Below, piece after piece: positions 11,797 to 25,318 of a stretch of 64,000 bases of DNA. How positions within the stretch are numbered: the first letter of the stretch is position 1; every line of letters starts with the position of its first letter. Under the pieces are notes generated by a model. That model saw only the letters and a program-made list of their open reading frames with translations. It was not told where the DNA came from and did not search any database. Origin of the DNA: Vezdaea acicularis (lineage: Eukaryota); contig JAPEUI010000051.1 of the NCBI GenBank assembly GCA_026025075.1, positions 1-64,000 of the forward strand, given 5' to 3'. A program made the position numbers and the translations under genes.

Positions 11797-13299
11797 ATGA
11801 ATAGGCTGCGTGGAGACTTCGAGCGGTGTCTCGATGTAGCAACAAATCCGAAGTACACAAAATGGCTTACGCCGCTATTGCTGACTGCAGATGCATTCCT
11901 ATGTGCTCTGGTGATCTGGAAGATCCCTTGTGAGAAGAGAATCCTACCCCTTCAGTTGCTGAATGTAAGCACTGACCTAGTTATCCAGATACGGAAATTG
12001 ATTGGATGGCCTACATGGAGCAAGTCGAGCTTTATCTGGCTGGGGAACGAGATTATGTCAAAATCAGGGGGGGCACTGGACCACTAGTTTATCCGGCCGC
12101 GCATGTCTACATATACACAGCGTTGTACTATCTCACAGAGAACGGCAAAAACATCTTAACTGGACAGATCATTTTCGCTTTTCTATATCTAATAACGGCC
12201 GTTATTGTTGTCAGGTGCTACCAATTAGCAAAAGTTGGGGCCCCTTATTTTACTTCCTTATACTATGCTAACTACAGCATAGGCTCCACCTTATGTTTTC
12301 CCTCTACTTGTATTGTCGAAAAGACTGCACAGTGTTTACTTACTTCGATTATTTAATGACTGCTTTGCCGTGTTAGCCCTTTGGATGACTATCTACGCAT
12401 ACCAGCGTCGAAAGTGGATCACGGGCTCTATCTTCTTTTCGTGGGGCCTAGGTACTAAAATGAGCTTATTACTCTCGTCTCCAGCAATTGGCTTGGCTCT
12501 TTACCAAGGCTGCTTGTTCGGACCTGATCTCTTACAACTTGGACTAGTGCATGTAGCAACAATGAGCTTCTTTCAGGTAAGGCTTGTCTTAGATCTTCGG
12601 AGCTTTCCACTGATCACGAGAGGATAGGTTTTGATTGGCATTCCGTTTTTGATCAAGCATCCTCATAGTTATCTCTCAAAAGCTTTCGACTTTTCAAGAG
12701 CCTTTCAATTTAAATGGACTGTCAATTGGAGATTTGTTGGCGAAGAAGTCTTTTCATCCAAACAATTTTCTACTTCTCTTATGATTATGCATGTCACCAT
12801 GTTGCTATTTTTCATATCCACGCGCTGGCTGCGCCCAACACGCTTGTCTGCATTGCAAAACATTCGGACCTTGTTACACCAAGGCAAGGGGTTGCTTGGG
12901 ACCGATATTCAGCGTAGGATAACGCCTCAATTTATTCTGACGTTGGTTCTAACATCAAATGCCATTGGGATGCTTTTTGCCCGGTCTCTACACTACCAAT
13001 TCTACTCTTTGTTGTCCTGGGGAGCGCCATTCCTGTTATGGAGAACAGGCTTACATCCGATAACACAGTATATGCTGTGGGCTATGCAAGAATGGGCATG
13101 GAACATCTACCCGAGTGAGTTAGCAGCGTATCATTCGGCACAATTTTGAGGTTACACAAAAATTACTGACCCCGCTTTAGGCACGGATACGAGCTCAGGG
13201 GTTGTCGTCGGTGTACTTGCGATTACGGTGGCGGGTGTTTGGTGGAATACTCGGGATGATCTCAATGCTCCGTCCCGGCGCCAAAAGAAACAAAATTGA
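11797..13299 (+). CDS. ALG3: Dol-P-Man:Man5GlcNAc2-PP-Dol alpha-1,3-mannosyltransferase Alg3 (4 introns)
   Basis: [60 protein letters not shown]; last exon ends in KKQN* (KKXX ER-retrieval signal). Confidence 0.93.
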
Positions 13300-13363
13300 A
13301 CAATCGTAGGAATGGCCCTAACAGTGCTTATGACTTGATTTGAGAGACCTGAGGATACATGTA

Positions 13364-13804
13364 TCATGACGTAGTTTCGACATCCGAGTTCTCCAATGGT
13401 GGCATGTGCCCGACTATCAAATCATCATCGTCCTCCTCATTCTCAGCCATCCCACTTTTCTTCGCGAACTCTTTTGGCCAGTATGCCTCTTTCCTCCATT
13501 GCTTCTCATCCCTGACCACATTTGCTATCTCCCCATCTAACTTGTTCTCTCTTTCTCCAAAAGCACTCAAGTCTACTACCACAAACCCACCCCTCTTGAT
13601 CCAGATAGTAGACCGAAACCTAGCGGCTAGCTCAACTAGCAAAGTATCTGTCTTAGCCTCTGCCACAGGAAGCTCCACGCTATACAGGTTGTTGCCCTCG
13701 GCTTTGATCACTCGCGCAATGCTATGCGAGGCGGGGAGCGTGATCGGCGGCGACTCGCTTTCGTCCGCAACTTCACGTATCATTCGTCGATGGGGCCGAC
13801 CCAT
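13364..13804 (-). CDS. EIF1AD: eIF1A-domain (S1-like OB fold) RNA-binding protein
   Basis: ARVIKAEGNNLYSV, LVELAARFRSTIWIKRGGFVVV, WPKEF, and an acidic tail with MPP. Confidence 0.85.
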   Translation of the reverse strand: MGRPHRRMIREVADESESPPITLPASHSIARVIKAEGNNLYSVELPVAEAKTDTLLVELAARFRSTIWIKRGGFVVVDLSAFGERENKLDGEIANVVRDEKQWRKEAYWPKEFAKKSGMAENEEDDDDLIVGHMPPLENSDVETTS

Positions 13805-14342
13805 GGTCGATGGGGATGAGAAATCGGATGGTGTCCCAATTGAGTGAGGGATGCAGAAGAAAGAATTCGCTGATCAATGCTCGATTTATTAATTCAGTAC
13901 CCAGGGTCGTGGATGCTGCTGTGCAGAGGTGGGGCGCTGAGTCAGGGTTTCAGCGGAGTGGTGGAGATTTTGGAAACTTTTGACGACCGGGGATGAACGA
14001 GAACGGCCCGCCCCACTGGTGTGTAACATGTGAATACTGCGGAGCCATGTCCTACAGTAGCGCTTCCCCGCGACCTGCAGGCTAAGGGACACTCAGCAGC
14101 TTAGCGCAGCCCAAGTCATGAAACGAACCCACTGAAAATGGTCTACTGGAATCTGAAGTGTACCATACGAGATAAGATTGAAGAATTACATGTCTATGTC
14201 ATTTAAGCTCATCTTCTAACCCTACCCTCTTCAAAGGGTCCATTCGGATAGATCACGTGCTGTCAAGACCCTTTCGATAGCCCAGGTCTACCAGAGCGTT
14301 ACCGCACACTCCAGGTGTGCGGGTTTTCTGGTTCTTAATAGA

Positions 14343-16584
14343 TCAGCCATCAATAGCGTTCAGAATCGGTCCCATCAGCAATGCTGTGAGCTTGGTACCC
14401 TTCTTCACAACTTTATTGCCAGTGGGTAGGCATAACAACCCGTTAGCGCCTTTGAGACTACTAATCCGTGAGCTGCGCTGCATGCCTGTACTGTTTGCGT
14501 ACAGAAGACCATCACGCCCTGCATGTATGATGACTCGATGATACTCTGTTCGCTGTGGGTCCAGCTGAAAGTCTTGGTCACAGACTACGAGTAGATTTGG
14601 GAGACCTGGTTGCTTGAAGCCCGAGGATGCTTGCAAAGCCGGTAATACAAATAGATGTAGAGTAACAATGGCCGACGCCGGATTACCCGGTAAGGAAAAT
14701 AAGTGCTTATAAACATGCTCCCCGTTTTCATTTTTGACAGGGGCGGTAGCAAATGTTGTGGGCTTGCCTGGCTTCATGGCAACACGGCCAAAGTGGATGG
14801 TACCACCAAGAGATCTCTCGATTGTTGGCTTGAGCAGGTCGAGTTCACCCATAGAGACACCACCACTTGTGACTATGACATCAACTTTACGAAAAGAGCT
14901 TCGTATGATTTCTTCTAGAGCATCAGGCCTAAAAGTATATCAGTGACAGCTATTCGACACAAAAGGGGGTAGCAGACTTGTCCTTCGCTATACCCAGATC
15001 AATGACTTCGAAGCCCCAGTTCCGAATAGCTTCCATAATGGTTGGCCGATTAGAGTCTCGCACTTCGCCTAAATTAAGTGGATCTGCTCTATCATGCTCT
15101 ATGATCTCGTCTCCTGTACTGAGCACACCAACTATGGGCTTCCTGAATACCGTGACTGTAGCTCTCCCTACTGATGCCAATAATCCAAGCTCCCCACCCA
15201 CAGCTGTAATAAGATCACCTTGCTCAAGAATGATCTCACCTGCTTTGATGTCACTCCCAGCTTCTCGAACGTTTTCGCCAGGCTCGATTTCGTCAGTCAA
15301 AATCTCAATCTCTTTCTCCTCTTTACCATCATCAGTCATACTTTTGAGAACGGTGTCTTCAACCATCGCCACTGATGTTGCTCCAGACGGTAGAGGCGCT
15401 CCTGTCGTAATTCTGACTATCTCACCGGCTTTCAAGGGTCTCGGTTCCCCTGGGGCTGCATGAGACACAGACACGACGGGAAATGTTCCCTTTGCATTTG
15501 TGGAACCCTCAGGCACAACCAAGGCATAGCCATCAACAGTACTGGCCCTAAACGCTGGGACTGCTTCAAGTGCTTCGACGTTTTCGGCCAAGACGTTCCC
15601 AACAAGACCATCGTTCAGAGAAACTTTAATGATTTGAGGCTTGGGCGTTTTTGACAATATTAGCTCGGTGGCTTTATCCACTGAAAGCATTGGATATGGA
15701 GACGACCGATACCTTCGCGTCGCTCCCTGATTAGGATCATTCGACAATGGGTGAGACTTAGGTTCAGTATGTGCCACTGGTGCTGTATGCCCACCGCGTC
15801 CTCCGCGATGATGATGGTGATGGTGATGGCCAGCACCTCTTCCAGGAAGTCCAATAGAGTGAGGCTGAATGATACCTGCTTGTTCTTCCAGCTTCTTCAC
15901 ACCATCAGCATGAATGGCACGTGAATCTGCACCTGCTGCCTGGACACATGCATGAGGAAGGAGCTTCAACACAGCTTCGAGGTTCTCTTTAGCACCTTTA
16001 GGTGAGCCAGGGAGAGTAATAACGACGCTTTTGCGCCTGACCCCAGCGACGGGCCGTGACATCAGCGCAACTTTACAATAGAGCAGCCGTTAGCTATGTG
16101 TCGACTATTTGCTTGGGCATACAACTCACAAGGAGTAACGGCGAGCGAAGCTGCAAGCATGCCGTGACTGATACAAATAAGTTGTTAGTATATCTCCGCT
16201 TCTACCTCACAAAGGGGTTCTTACACGAGGCCGGAGGCATGCTTGTGTAAGAGCGGACTTATAGCCTTTGAAGGAAGTTAGCTGACGTGTTAGAAAAGGA
16301 TCATGGGGCCTAACCTCTGGAGTATTATCCTTGGTCGCAAATCCTGTACCTCCACTTGTCAGGATTAGGTTGAGCGGATCGGAGCCATCAGTCCAAGCAA
16401 TAACGCTGCGCTGAATCTCAAGAATGTCGTCTGATACAATCACGGTCTCTTGGACTTCCCAAGTATCGCCCCCTTTTTCTTCGAATACATCTTTGAGTGT
16501 TAAGATTGACCGGTCGGATGATGGGTCCTTTGCTGCGGTATCGGAGACAATGATTATTCCTGCTCGAAGTGCACTTGATGTCAT
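14343..16584 (-). CDS. cnxE: Gephyrin-like molybdenum insertase (MogA/G domain + MoeA/E domain; CnxE/Nit-9 type; 4 introns)
   Basis: IIVSDT, LILTSGGTGF..KDNTPE, LPGSPKGAKENL, His7 linker, ASTVDGYA, RITTGAPLP, LSTGDE, GGVSMGELD, MKPGKPT, LPGNPAS, QRSSR. Confidence 0.93.
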
Positions 16585-16908
16585 GACCGATTGTGCTTAG
16601 ACAAAAACTTGTGCAGCTTGCTCAAATGAACATTTAACTTTTTACTATCGGATAATTTGCAACACTTGATTTCCGGACTCATTCGCTTTACAAGGGACAG
16701 CTCTAGACGTCCACTGAACTGCTATAACAGTCTGAACACTCATCATTATCGCAGTCATTTGAACCTGTGTAACCTTTTAAGAACGCCGACAATCTCCAAG
16801 TCCTCCTAGTCAACATCCCAGAACCATGCTTTTGAACAGGCTCTGGTATCATTATTGTACATTGGTAAATTTGAGACTAATATATACACGATCAAGAGCA
16901 TAGCGACA

Positions 16909-17725
16909 TTATCCAAATTCAGGCGCCTTGCCGGAGACTAACAGTCCAATGATAAGGCCGAAGAGACCTAGGACAGAGCTAAAGATCTCTATGACAAGGA
17001 TCTTTACGAATCTATGCGAGCTGTCAGCATCAAATCTCAACAGCTCTTTAATGGGAGTGCTGAAACTCACAGGCTCGGATCAGCAGCGTCTGCTAAAGCT
17101 GCACTACTTCCGTTGATACCGACAGAAACTCCGCAAATCAAGTTGCACATTCCAACAGTCAGACCAGCCCAAAAGAGAGCATAACCTGTATAATAGTTGC
17201 TTGCAGAATAAAGGTTTTCTTGGTCTACAAAGTTGAGTTTTGCCGAAAACACAATCGACATGATGACACCGTAGATAGCGACTACCTCGCAGAAGATGAT
17301 TGAAATCAAATTCTTGGTTCGAATCCGAGGTGCTTTGACGCCACCTCCCAAGATAGAGGAGCCCGTTATAAATATGCCCCTAGTAACGCTCATCAGCACC
17401 TTGGGCTTAACAGGTTATTTTTCGTTGATGTCAATTTACCATGCTGCGCCAACCACTGAGAGGCCTATGCAAAGGCCAATCCCCAGATCCGCCCACGCAT
17501 AAGGTGACACAGTCTCCAGGAATTGCCCGACCTAGAATCTTTTAAGCATCAGAGCTACCAAGCCGTCACAAGGCATTTTTACGTTGAATGCTTCGCCATC
17601 GCCAGTAAAAACCAGATCTAGTATTCTGATTAGTTAGACTTTTGCAAAGCTCCGCATAGGATCTCACAAAGTCCCACAACTGTCAGGGCAGCTACAGATC
17701 CGCCAGCCCCATAGTAGACGCTCAT
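16909..17725 (-). CDS. VMA16: V-ATPase proteolipid subunit c'' (4 introns)
   Basis: [74 protein letters not shown]. Confidence 0.93.
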
Positions 17726-17998
17726 CTTAAGAAAATTGCGGTAGCGGCACCCTCACGAAATTGGAGGGAAATATGAGTTTCGATCAGCAGGATGCAGTTG
17801 AGGGGAGTGCTTAACATCGGCAAATATCTGAGTTCGCAGCTTCGATAGCGCCGCTTTAGAGATGGAACCGAGAGGACGCTAGTCAAGGCCCCCACCACCT
17901 ATATCCGTGCCATACTGAAAACTCATAACAGATTCTCTTCAAACAACATCATTCCAACCGACTCAGATCATCTATCAACTCATCTTTGACTTAGGAAG

Positions 17999-18475
17999 AT
18001 GAGTGCCGTGTCTTATTTTGAGTTGTATCGCCGGACAAGGTAAGAGATTACTTCCTGGAGCTATCTCAATCCCAAGATTCCTCTCATGCTGACCCAGGAC
18101 CCAGTCTGGGCATGGCGCTCACTGATACACTGGACGATTTGATCACTGAACGCCGCATCGAGCCGCAGCTTGCGATCAAGATTCTCGCAAACTTCGATAG
18201 ATGCATCACAGAGATACTGGCGGAGAAGGTGAAGGCTCGCATGTCGTTTAAGGTAAGTTGAGGCCGCTCACTTGAAGTCGTCTCTCAACAGCAAATGCAA
18301 TAGCAGGCATATTGATGGTCTATTACAGGGACACTTGGATACTTACCGATTCTGCGATGAGGTCTGGACTTTCCTAATCAAGGATGTGACTTTCAAGATG
18401 GACAACAGCAATGCGATCCAAGCCGACAAAGTCAAGATCGTCAGTTGCAATAGCAAGCGTCCAGGAGAGGCGTAA
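17999..18475 (+). CDS. TOA2: Transcription initiation factor IIA gamma subunit (2 introns)
   Basis: [22 protein letters not shown]...[41 protein letters not shown]. Confidence 0.95.
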
Positions 18476-18852
18476 TCGCTAGGTCTGAATATTGTATGGA
18501 TGGAAAGCAAGGCTGGCATACGCCGAGAAAGGGAGGCTAAAACTCTTGGATTTATCTGCATTCACAACGGTGTTCAGGACGGTAAATGCATTAGCTGGGC
18601 GTTGGATTCAGTCCATATCATCTCAGGCCCTAAAACCATGCTGATTGTGGATATTGGCATCATGGCGAGATCTAATAGCTTTTCCTGTAAATTCTTGCAA
18701 GATCTTAACCACTAGATTGCAATATTCACAAAGCGCAGACTGTTTTGCATGTGACGACGGATGTCGAGTCGCTTCCGTGTTAACTACGAATCCAGCACTT
18801 TCATGCATAGCCAAGCAGCTTAGCAAGGAGGAGCTTGTTCCCTTGTGTCAAA

Positions 18853-19792
18853 ATGGTTCGCCAGCGAAAGGGAGCGCCCAAAGGTGACCTAGACGGAACT
18901 TCCCAGGACGAACCTGAATCGGACCTTAGTCATAAGCCCGTACCCAAACCTGTGAATGCACCTATTAGTACGGATCCCGCAATGAAAGATCTTTCACGAA
19001 AGACACAATGGTTGTTGTTGGCAGTGGGGAGTGGAGCTTGCGCAGCCTTCAATGGCGTGTTCGCAAAACTGTAAGGTGTTTCTTGACTTTAAGAGGTTGG
19101 CTCAACTATGCTCCTTCCGTTTGTCTTGAATTTTGCAATTTATGTCATCTGTAGCGCTCACGACATGCGACTGCAAGAAAAAGTTACAATGTAATGAGAC
19201 TAATGAAATGGGCGCATCGCAGAACTACAACAGAGCTGACAACGACGTGGGCGAAGGCAATCTCAAGCTTTCTTGGCTTACAGCCAGGCAACGGGGTCGT
19301 TGAATATGGAATTCGTGGCGTACGTCTAAACCCTAGATAGCAACCTTTTGTATGACCCGAACTCATTGCTAAATCGGAGCACCACAGATCTTCTTCGGAC
19401 TCAACCTCCTCTTCAATGGCATTATGTGGGCGCTGTTTACCGCAGCTCTTACTAAAGGAACTTCAACAACTCAGGTTTCGATTGTTAACGTCAGCTCCAA
19501 TTTCATGATTACAGCCATACTGGGCTTTGCGATATTCTACGAAGCCCTGCCACCTCTATGGTGGCTTGGAGCTGCCCTGCTAGTGGTCGGCAACGTGATC
19601 ATAGGTAGGAGGGAGGAACAGGAGACCGCAGGATCAGCTGCTGAGGGAGGAATAGCGTTAGACGAGCGAACGATTGTGACGCGGGCTGAGCATGAGCTAG
19701 AAGAGGAGCAAGGGCTCCTGGGAGACATGCATATGAAAAATCTAGATGGAGATATTGAGGTTGGTACGGACATAGACAATCCAGCAGAATAA
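18853..19792 (+). CDS. TMEM42-like DMT/EamA-fold membrane protein (2 introns)
   Basis: WLLLAVGSGACAAFNGVFAKL|TTTELT, MWALFTAAL..GTSTTQVSIVN.SSNFMITAILG, LPPLWWLGA.LLV.GNVIIG. Confidence 0.8.
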
Positions 19793-20189
19793 ATGCGTTG
19801 TTTGCAGGCAGCTTTTGGCCCAAAACATTAATAAACGCCAATCCGTTAACATCAAAGAAGCTAGATGGTTTTCAGCATAGCGTCCACCATTCATTATCTT
19901 TGAACTTGGTTTCTAGCCGTTTTGTGTTCTTCCTAATAGTCGTACAGCACTTGAAGCTGGCTAAGCCGGATTTCTTTACCAAAGGGGCGTTCTCATAGAG
20001 CCAGCTTTACGCATAATGTACGAGAAGCCAGCTTTACCTACAGCCCGGTAAGTAAGCACTGAGTTCAAAAGATTTTTATTCTCGTGATGCCCATAGCCTT
20101 ATCGCGTTATGTGCTACTTGAACGCAGAGGATGGTAGTTGATACCTCTACACTCTATAAATCCACATGGAGCCTTACTCAACTTTCTCA

Positions 20190-23100
20190 TTATGTCCGAT
20201 CTTCCAGCTCAAGCTCATCTGCTTCATCTTGCGCCCCGTCAAGTATATGATCTGACTCTGCGCGTTCAACAGATGAGCGCGGCACAGGAGATCTGCCGAA
20301 AGGCTCTTGGTCCAAACTAGGCCTCCAAAGTGTCAATCTTCCATCTAACACACCGGATAATCGCTGCGAAGCCCACCCGCCGACCTTGCGTAGGAAGCTC
20401 CATAATTTTTCTTGCCCTTCAAGGATTGCTGAGTCATCCCTAGGATTCTCGCTTGCTTCCACTTTGAACTGATACTTGAGGCAGTCTTTGACAGTCACAA
20501 GACCAGTAAGCCGCCCCCTATGTTCGATCAGGACTACTCGTGGGCCCATCTTCTTGAAGAGCTCCATGGCGGTCTCTAGCGGTAATTGCGGGTGCACAAT
20601 GAGAGGAGTCGGATCTATGAAGCGGCTGAAATCGATTGACATTTGCCCTCGTGTTGCAGGAATCATGTCGAAGGATATTGGTGGAGCCGCAGATAACGGA
20701 GTGACAGCAGAGTTCGGAGGAGTAAAGAAGCATTTCGCGCTGGGTGGAACAGATCGTTCCCTTTTTGCGCGATCAATCCCGTATCGCAGTTCTGTGCGTC
20801 CAATATATCCAACGAGAGCTTTAGAACCAGGAGTTTCGACAATCGGAAAGCCTTGAAATTTGCTCTCGGCAAGAACTTTCTCAAGAGCATTTAGATCAAA
20901 TCCCGAAGTTGGGAGCACGGTCATTTCAGTCGTCATTACCCGTTGAACAGGGACACCGAAGGTGTGCTCCTCCTTGCTATCCAGGAATGGAAATCCATTG
21001 AACCAGATCATACGATCTGCAATGCCGCCTTTGCCAAAACGCTCGCCCACAGCTTTCGTAACACCCACTACAATCTTCAACGAAGTAAGCTACCAAAAAT
21101 AACATGAATAGTAGGGGAGATTTACCATAGTTGGCAAGATATATGTAGTAGCACCCGTGAGCTCGAACATGATCACAACAACTGAAACTGTGATGTGCAT
21201 TATCCCGCTAAGTGCCGCTCCTGCCCCCAGGAACGCATATGTGCCGGGGGTTATGCATGGAACGTCCGGCTTACAACTGGCAAAGAACTTGGCGGCAGGG
21301 TAGGACTCGTGCAATGCCTGAACTAGGATTCCAACCATCCTCCCAAACGAAGCACCGATGGCCATTGACGGGACAAAAATGCCAGCCGGAACTTTACAGC
21401 CGTAGGATATAATTACTAGACCAATGCGAATTACGGTAGCTGCTGCAAGGGAGAAAATCATAGACCATCTGTTGTTTGTGCTAATAGAAATTAGCATTTT
21501 GGACTCCCCTCTAAGTAAACCTTAACTTACTCGCAAAGCCCGTCATAATCGTGAGCGCCTTCGCACTCTAGAAACAAGATCTCCATGCTTTCTGTCATAT
21601 CTATCCGGAGAAACATGTTCGGATAACAGATGATGGCTGTTAAACCTGCAAGTATGGTTGCTTCCATAATCGCGTACTTGGTCAAATATTTCTTCCGAAA
21701 AGCCTGAGCTCTGAGGTTCCATTTCATTACGAAAGCGCCGTATAACCCTCCGAATATCCCGATTATGATGAAAAAAACAATCTCGAAGAAGTGCCAGGAT
21801 CTGTCATAGCTGACTTGAAACATGACCAGCTGGCCAGTCCTGAATGGATTCATAGCCTGATGCCATCAGCTGCTGTTGATGAAGGGTATCGTCATAAGGT
21901 GCTTACTGCAAGTACTGCTGTAGCCACCAATGCACAGAAGTAGCTCCTCCACATAGTCTTGAGTGGGAAATATGAAGACATTTCCTGATTCTGTAAGTAT
22001 GTATTTGCAAGCTGAGATAGGAGCTCCCGACCTCTAACGAAAAAAGAACACCTCCAATCGGACTTCCAAAAGCCACCGCCACACCAGCAGCGGCGCAGGC
22101 ACTGAGAATTTCTCGAGTCTTAGCCGCGTTGCGTTTATATTTATCGAAGAACCTAGATATCACATTTCCCGTGCAAACAGCGTAATGTACACTTGGACCT
22201 TCCTTTCCGACAGACAGGCCTGAAGCTATTGCTAGCGGCAGTGCAATCGACTTAATTGTCAGTGTCCAGAATCCCAAGAATCCCTTCATGACGAAGCCAG
22301 CAATAATACATTTTATCTCAGATATGCCTGAGCCTGCTGCATATGGCGCAAATGATTTAACTAAAATAGCGGCTGTAAATGCAAATAAAAGCTAAGCAAG
22401 GATGTCAGTCGTCGCTTTGCTATAATAGTAGATGCTAAAGAACATTACCGAAAAGACGATATAAAACAGATAATTAAGCGGCCCAAGAGTACTCCACCGT
22501 TGCCATTCATCGCAGCCTATCGATATCAGCGGATTTATAGAGGAGCTCAGTATAGGTATTACCGTTTTCGGCACCCCAACAACAGAAGCTCTCATTGAGG
22601 TAAAATGCTGTTGTACAATAACCAAGCTTGACATCAGATAACCATTCAGTGACTATATTGAGAAATGCTGCGTTCAAGCCGATCAATGCTCCTGCAAAAG
22701 CATAAGTTTTGTAACTTCGAGAAGCAATCCTGTGATGATATATGACTCACCTATTATAGTCACAACTATCCAGGCTTGCCCGGCGTCATAGGATTCCCAT
22801 GCGCGTCGTCTCCAGCCAAGCCCACCCTCTCTTTCGAAGAACCCAGTATTCTCCCTTCGCCGCGCTTTCCTCCGTGCTTGTTCTCGAGCAGCATCTTGGA
22901 CCCAGTCTATCAGGGCGTCAGCTCATGCGCCACGTTGTAGGACCAGTAGTATTGGAGTCTAATGTGGTTACCTATTGTCGTGAAATCCTATCAACGTAAA
23001 AGATAAGCATTCCTCCTAGAAAGCCTCTAAAAGTAGTACCGACCTCATAGCGCTTTATTTCCTCAATCTCTTCATCTATTTGGTGCTCTTCTCCTCGTAC

Positions 23101-23217
23101 CAGCCCGCCATTCTGGCCCCGCTCTGCGTTGGAGACCGCAAATGAAAGACGACTTGAGAAAGATCGCCGATTATTTGGGCGTCGAGGGACAGAAGTAGAG
23201 GAGGAGCGTGAGGTCAT
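20190..23217 (-). CDS. GEF1: CLC-family chloride/proton exchanger with CBS domains (Gef1/ClC-3 type; about 8 introns)
   Basis: Signature motifs [39 protein letters not shown]-terminal CBS pair ([14 protein letters not shown]). Confidence 0.9.
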
Positions 23218-23591
23218 GACATGGATTTTGTGTTCATGGCAACAGCAGCTGGGGCACTCTATGATTAGTAAGAAATAGATACTTTTATTTTTACGGAAAT
23301 ATTGTTACGGAGGAAAAGACATCGCGCCTGGAGCGTTACAAGCATGACCGGTACGGTCGCCAACGATTACACGCCTACCACAACTACAACAACGTCCCAA
23401 AGAATCGTATTAGTGCATGGACCATGAACGGAAACGCCCTGCCAACTTCAAGTTAAGATAGAACGAACAGTTCTGTGTTTATTATATCCCTTGCGACCTT
23501 TCTCCACAGTCCAGATGACTTAATATCTATCACTCGGCCTTCCAACGTTGAAAGAGGGGCGGTCCTCTCAATCGACATAGCTTCCCTTAAA

Positions 23592-24347
23592 ATGCCTTAC
23601 AACAATACGGCGATACCGCCGTCCGAGGAAATTACTGGTCAAGCCTCATTGCCACGTCTGTCTTCCCATTCGATTGACTCAAACCTACTTGCAGGATCAC
23701 ACTTTTGACATCTTTCTACAGTCGCTCGAGTAAAGCGTATCATAAACACAGATGAAGATCTCGGGGTAGTCTCCAATAATGCAGTCTTCGTCATAACCAA
23801 AGCCACTGTATGATTTGTCCTGACACCTTAGAGCTCAATATCTAATGGCGCTACTATAAGGAAATGTTCATTCAATACTTAATGAAACAAGGTCACAACG
23901 TCGCGAAGTCAGAGCGGAAGCCTCGAAAGCAGATACAATACAAAGATCTTGGTGAAATTTTAAATACGCCTGCTGAATTCTTAAGGCTAACACGACCTAG
24001 CCAATGCCGTGTCTCGCATCGACAACCTTGATTTTTTGGCTGACACTATCCCGAAGACCATACCGTACAAGGTGTACAAGGAGAAAAAGTCCAAAGAAGC
24101 TGCGAATGGAGACTCGAAAGACTCACAGCAAACTAAGCTACCTGGCTTAGAGGGCGTCAGTAATGGTACTAACGGAGAAGCGCGCACATCCCATGCTGGA
24201 CCTGCTCATGTCGAAAGGTTGGAGGATGCCATGCCGCATATGGAACAAGCTGTCCCGCTTCCACATCGTCAGATAGCTTACCACAATGGAGAGCTTCATG
24301 CTGTCGACAGGAAAGACGACAAAACCGAAGATATGATGGAGGAGTGA
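23592..24347 (+). CDS. DPB3: Histone-fold protein, DNA polymerase epsilon/CHRAC subunit Dpb3-like (3 introns)
   Basis: Spliced reading MPYNN...SLP|LARVKRIINTDED...ITKAT|EMFIQYL...RKQIQYKDL|ANAVSRIDNLDFLADTIP (CBFD/NF-YC-type fold). Confidence 0.8.
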
Positions 24348-25180
24348 ACTATTCGGGGAGCTTGGGCATACATTAGCGATGTACCGCATGGGCTGGTGTT
24401 ATTTTGTTTAGAATTAGAGACGAAGGAAGCTGGGCTGTCGATCTGGCCTGCCATCTCGTGGAAGTATATCGCACTCAATCGCGAGTTATTAGCCAACGAT
24501 AGCTCAGAGTCCGTGATATAGAACAGACGCTGTGCAGCTCCCAAATAGCACTCAGGTCTGAGTATCACACTGCAACAAAACCTGGATATTGAGGAGCTCC
24601 GAACAGATACATTACATGAATGGATTCTAAAGTCTTAGACATGAAATTCCCCGTTCCGCATTAGCAAAGCGTGATGTCCAGTATGACTATTCCCAAGCTT
24701 ATACGAGGAACCAATTACGAGCTACAGCATGGCATGGGGCGTTCTCTAGGACTATGCCGTCTTCTAGATCTATGATTTTAACTGGTGGCTCAATAACGAG
24801 ACTTGGTGGTATACACAGCATGCCATGCACAAGATCTTCAGTATTGAGCAGAAAACATGAAGTTGGTATGGCGGCACAAACTTGCTGGATCAGTGTCTGT
24901 ATTACATACCGGTGGTTCTACCAGCATCCTGATGTGAGATCAAAACAAAAGCCTAAGCCTTCTTTTTAGCATCAATTCCATCTACCCTTTTTGTTATTTT
25001 CATCGGAGCAATGGTAAGCGATGGACTGGGCGGTTCGTCAGACAACACAAAATTAACCTATGTCCTTCGATAGATAAATTTCTAATAATCTTCCCTGTAT
25101 GAAACCGCTAGAAACCGATTGCTCATGAACCCGATTCTCTTGTTTTAGCATTATACTGTCCAGACGTGAGTATGCTTGTC

Positions 25181-25276
25181 GCCCAATCAGATGCAAAGCC
25201 GCAATTTGTAGTTTGTTTAGCGAATTGAAAGTCTCCCGTCATTGAAACTCTGACGACTCACTCGCATCATCCAATC
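25181..25276 (+). promoter_or_regulatory. CCAAT boxes upstream of RIP1 (putative Hap/CBC sites)
   Basis: CCAATCA at 25182 and CCAATC at 25271, upstream of a respiratory-chain gene. Confidence 0.4.
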
Positions 25277-25318
25277 GATCCATCTACTCTCTTCCGCACA
25301 TCTGCATTCATCGACAGG

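Noticed and set aside
18339..18350. U1 snRNA-like 5' end ATACTTACC
   Set aside because: It lies in the TOA2 exon encoding DTYR and has no U1 stem-loops or Sm site.
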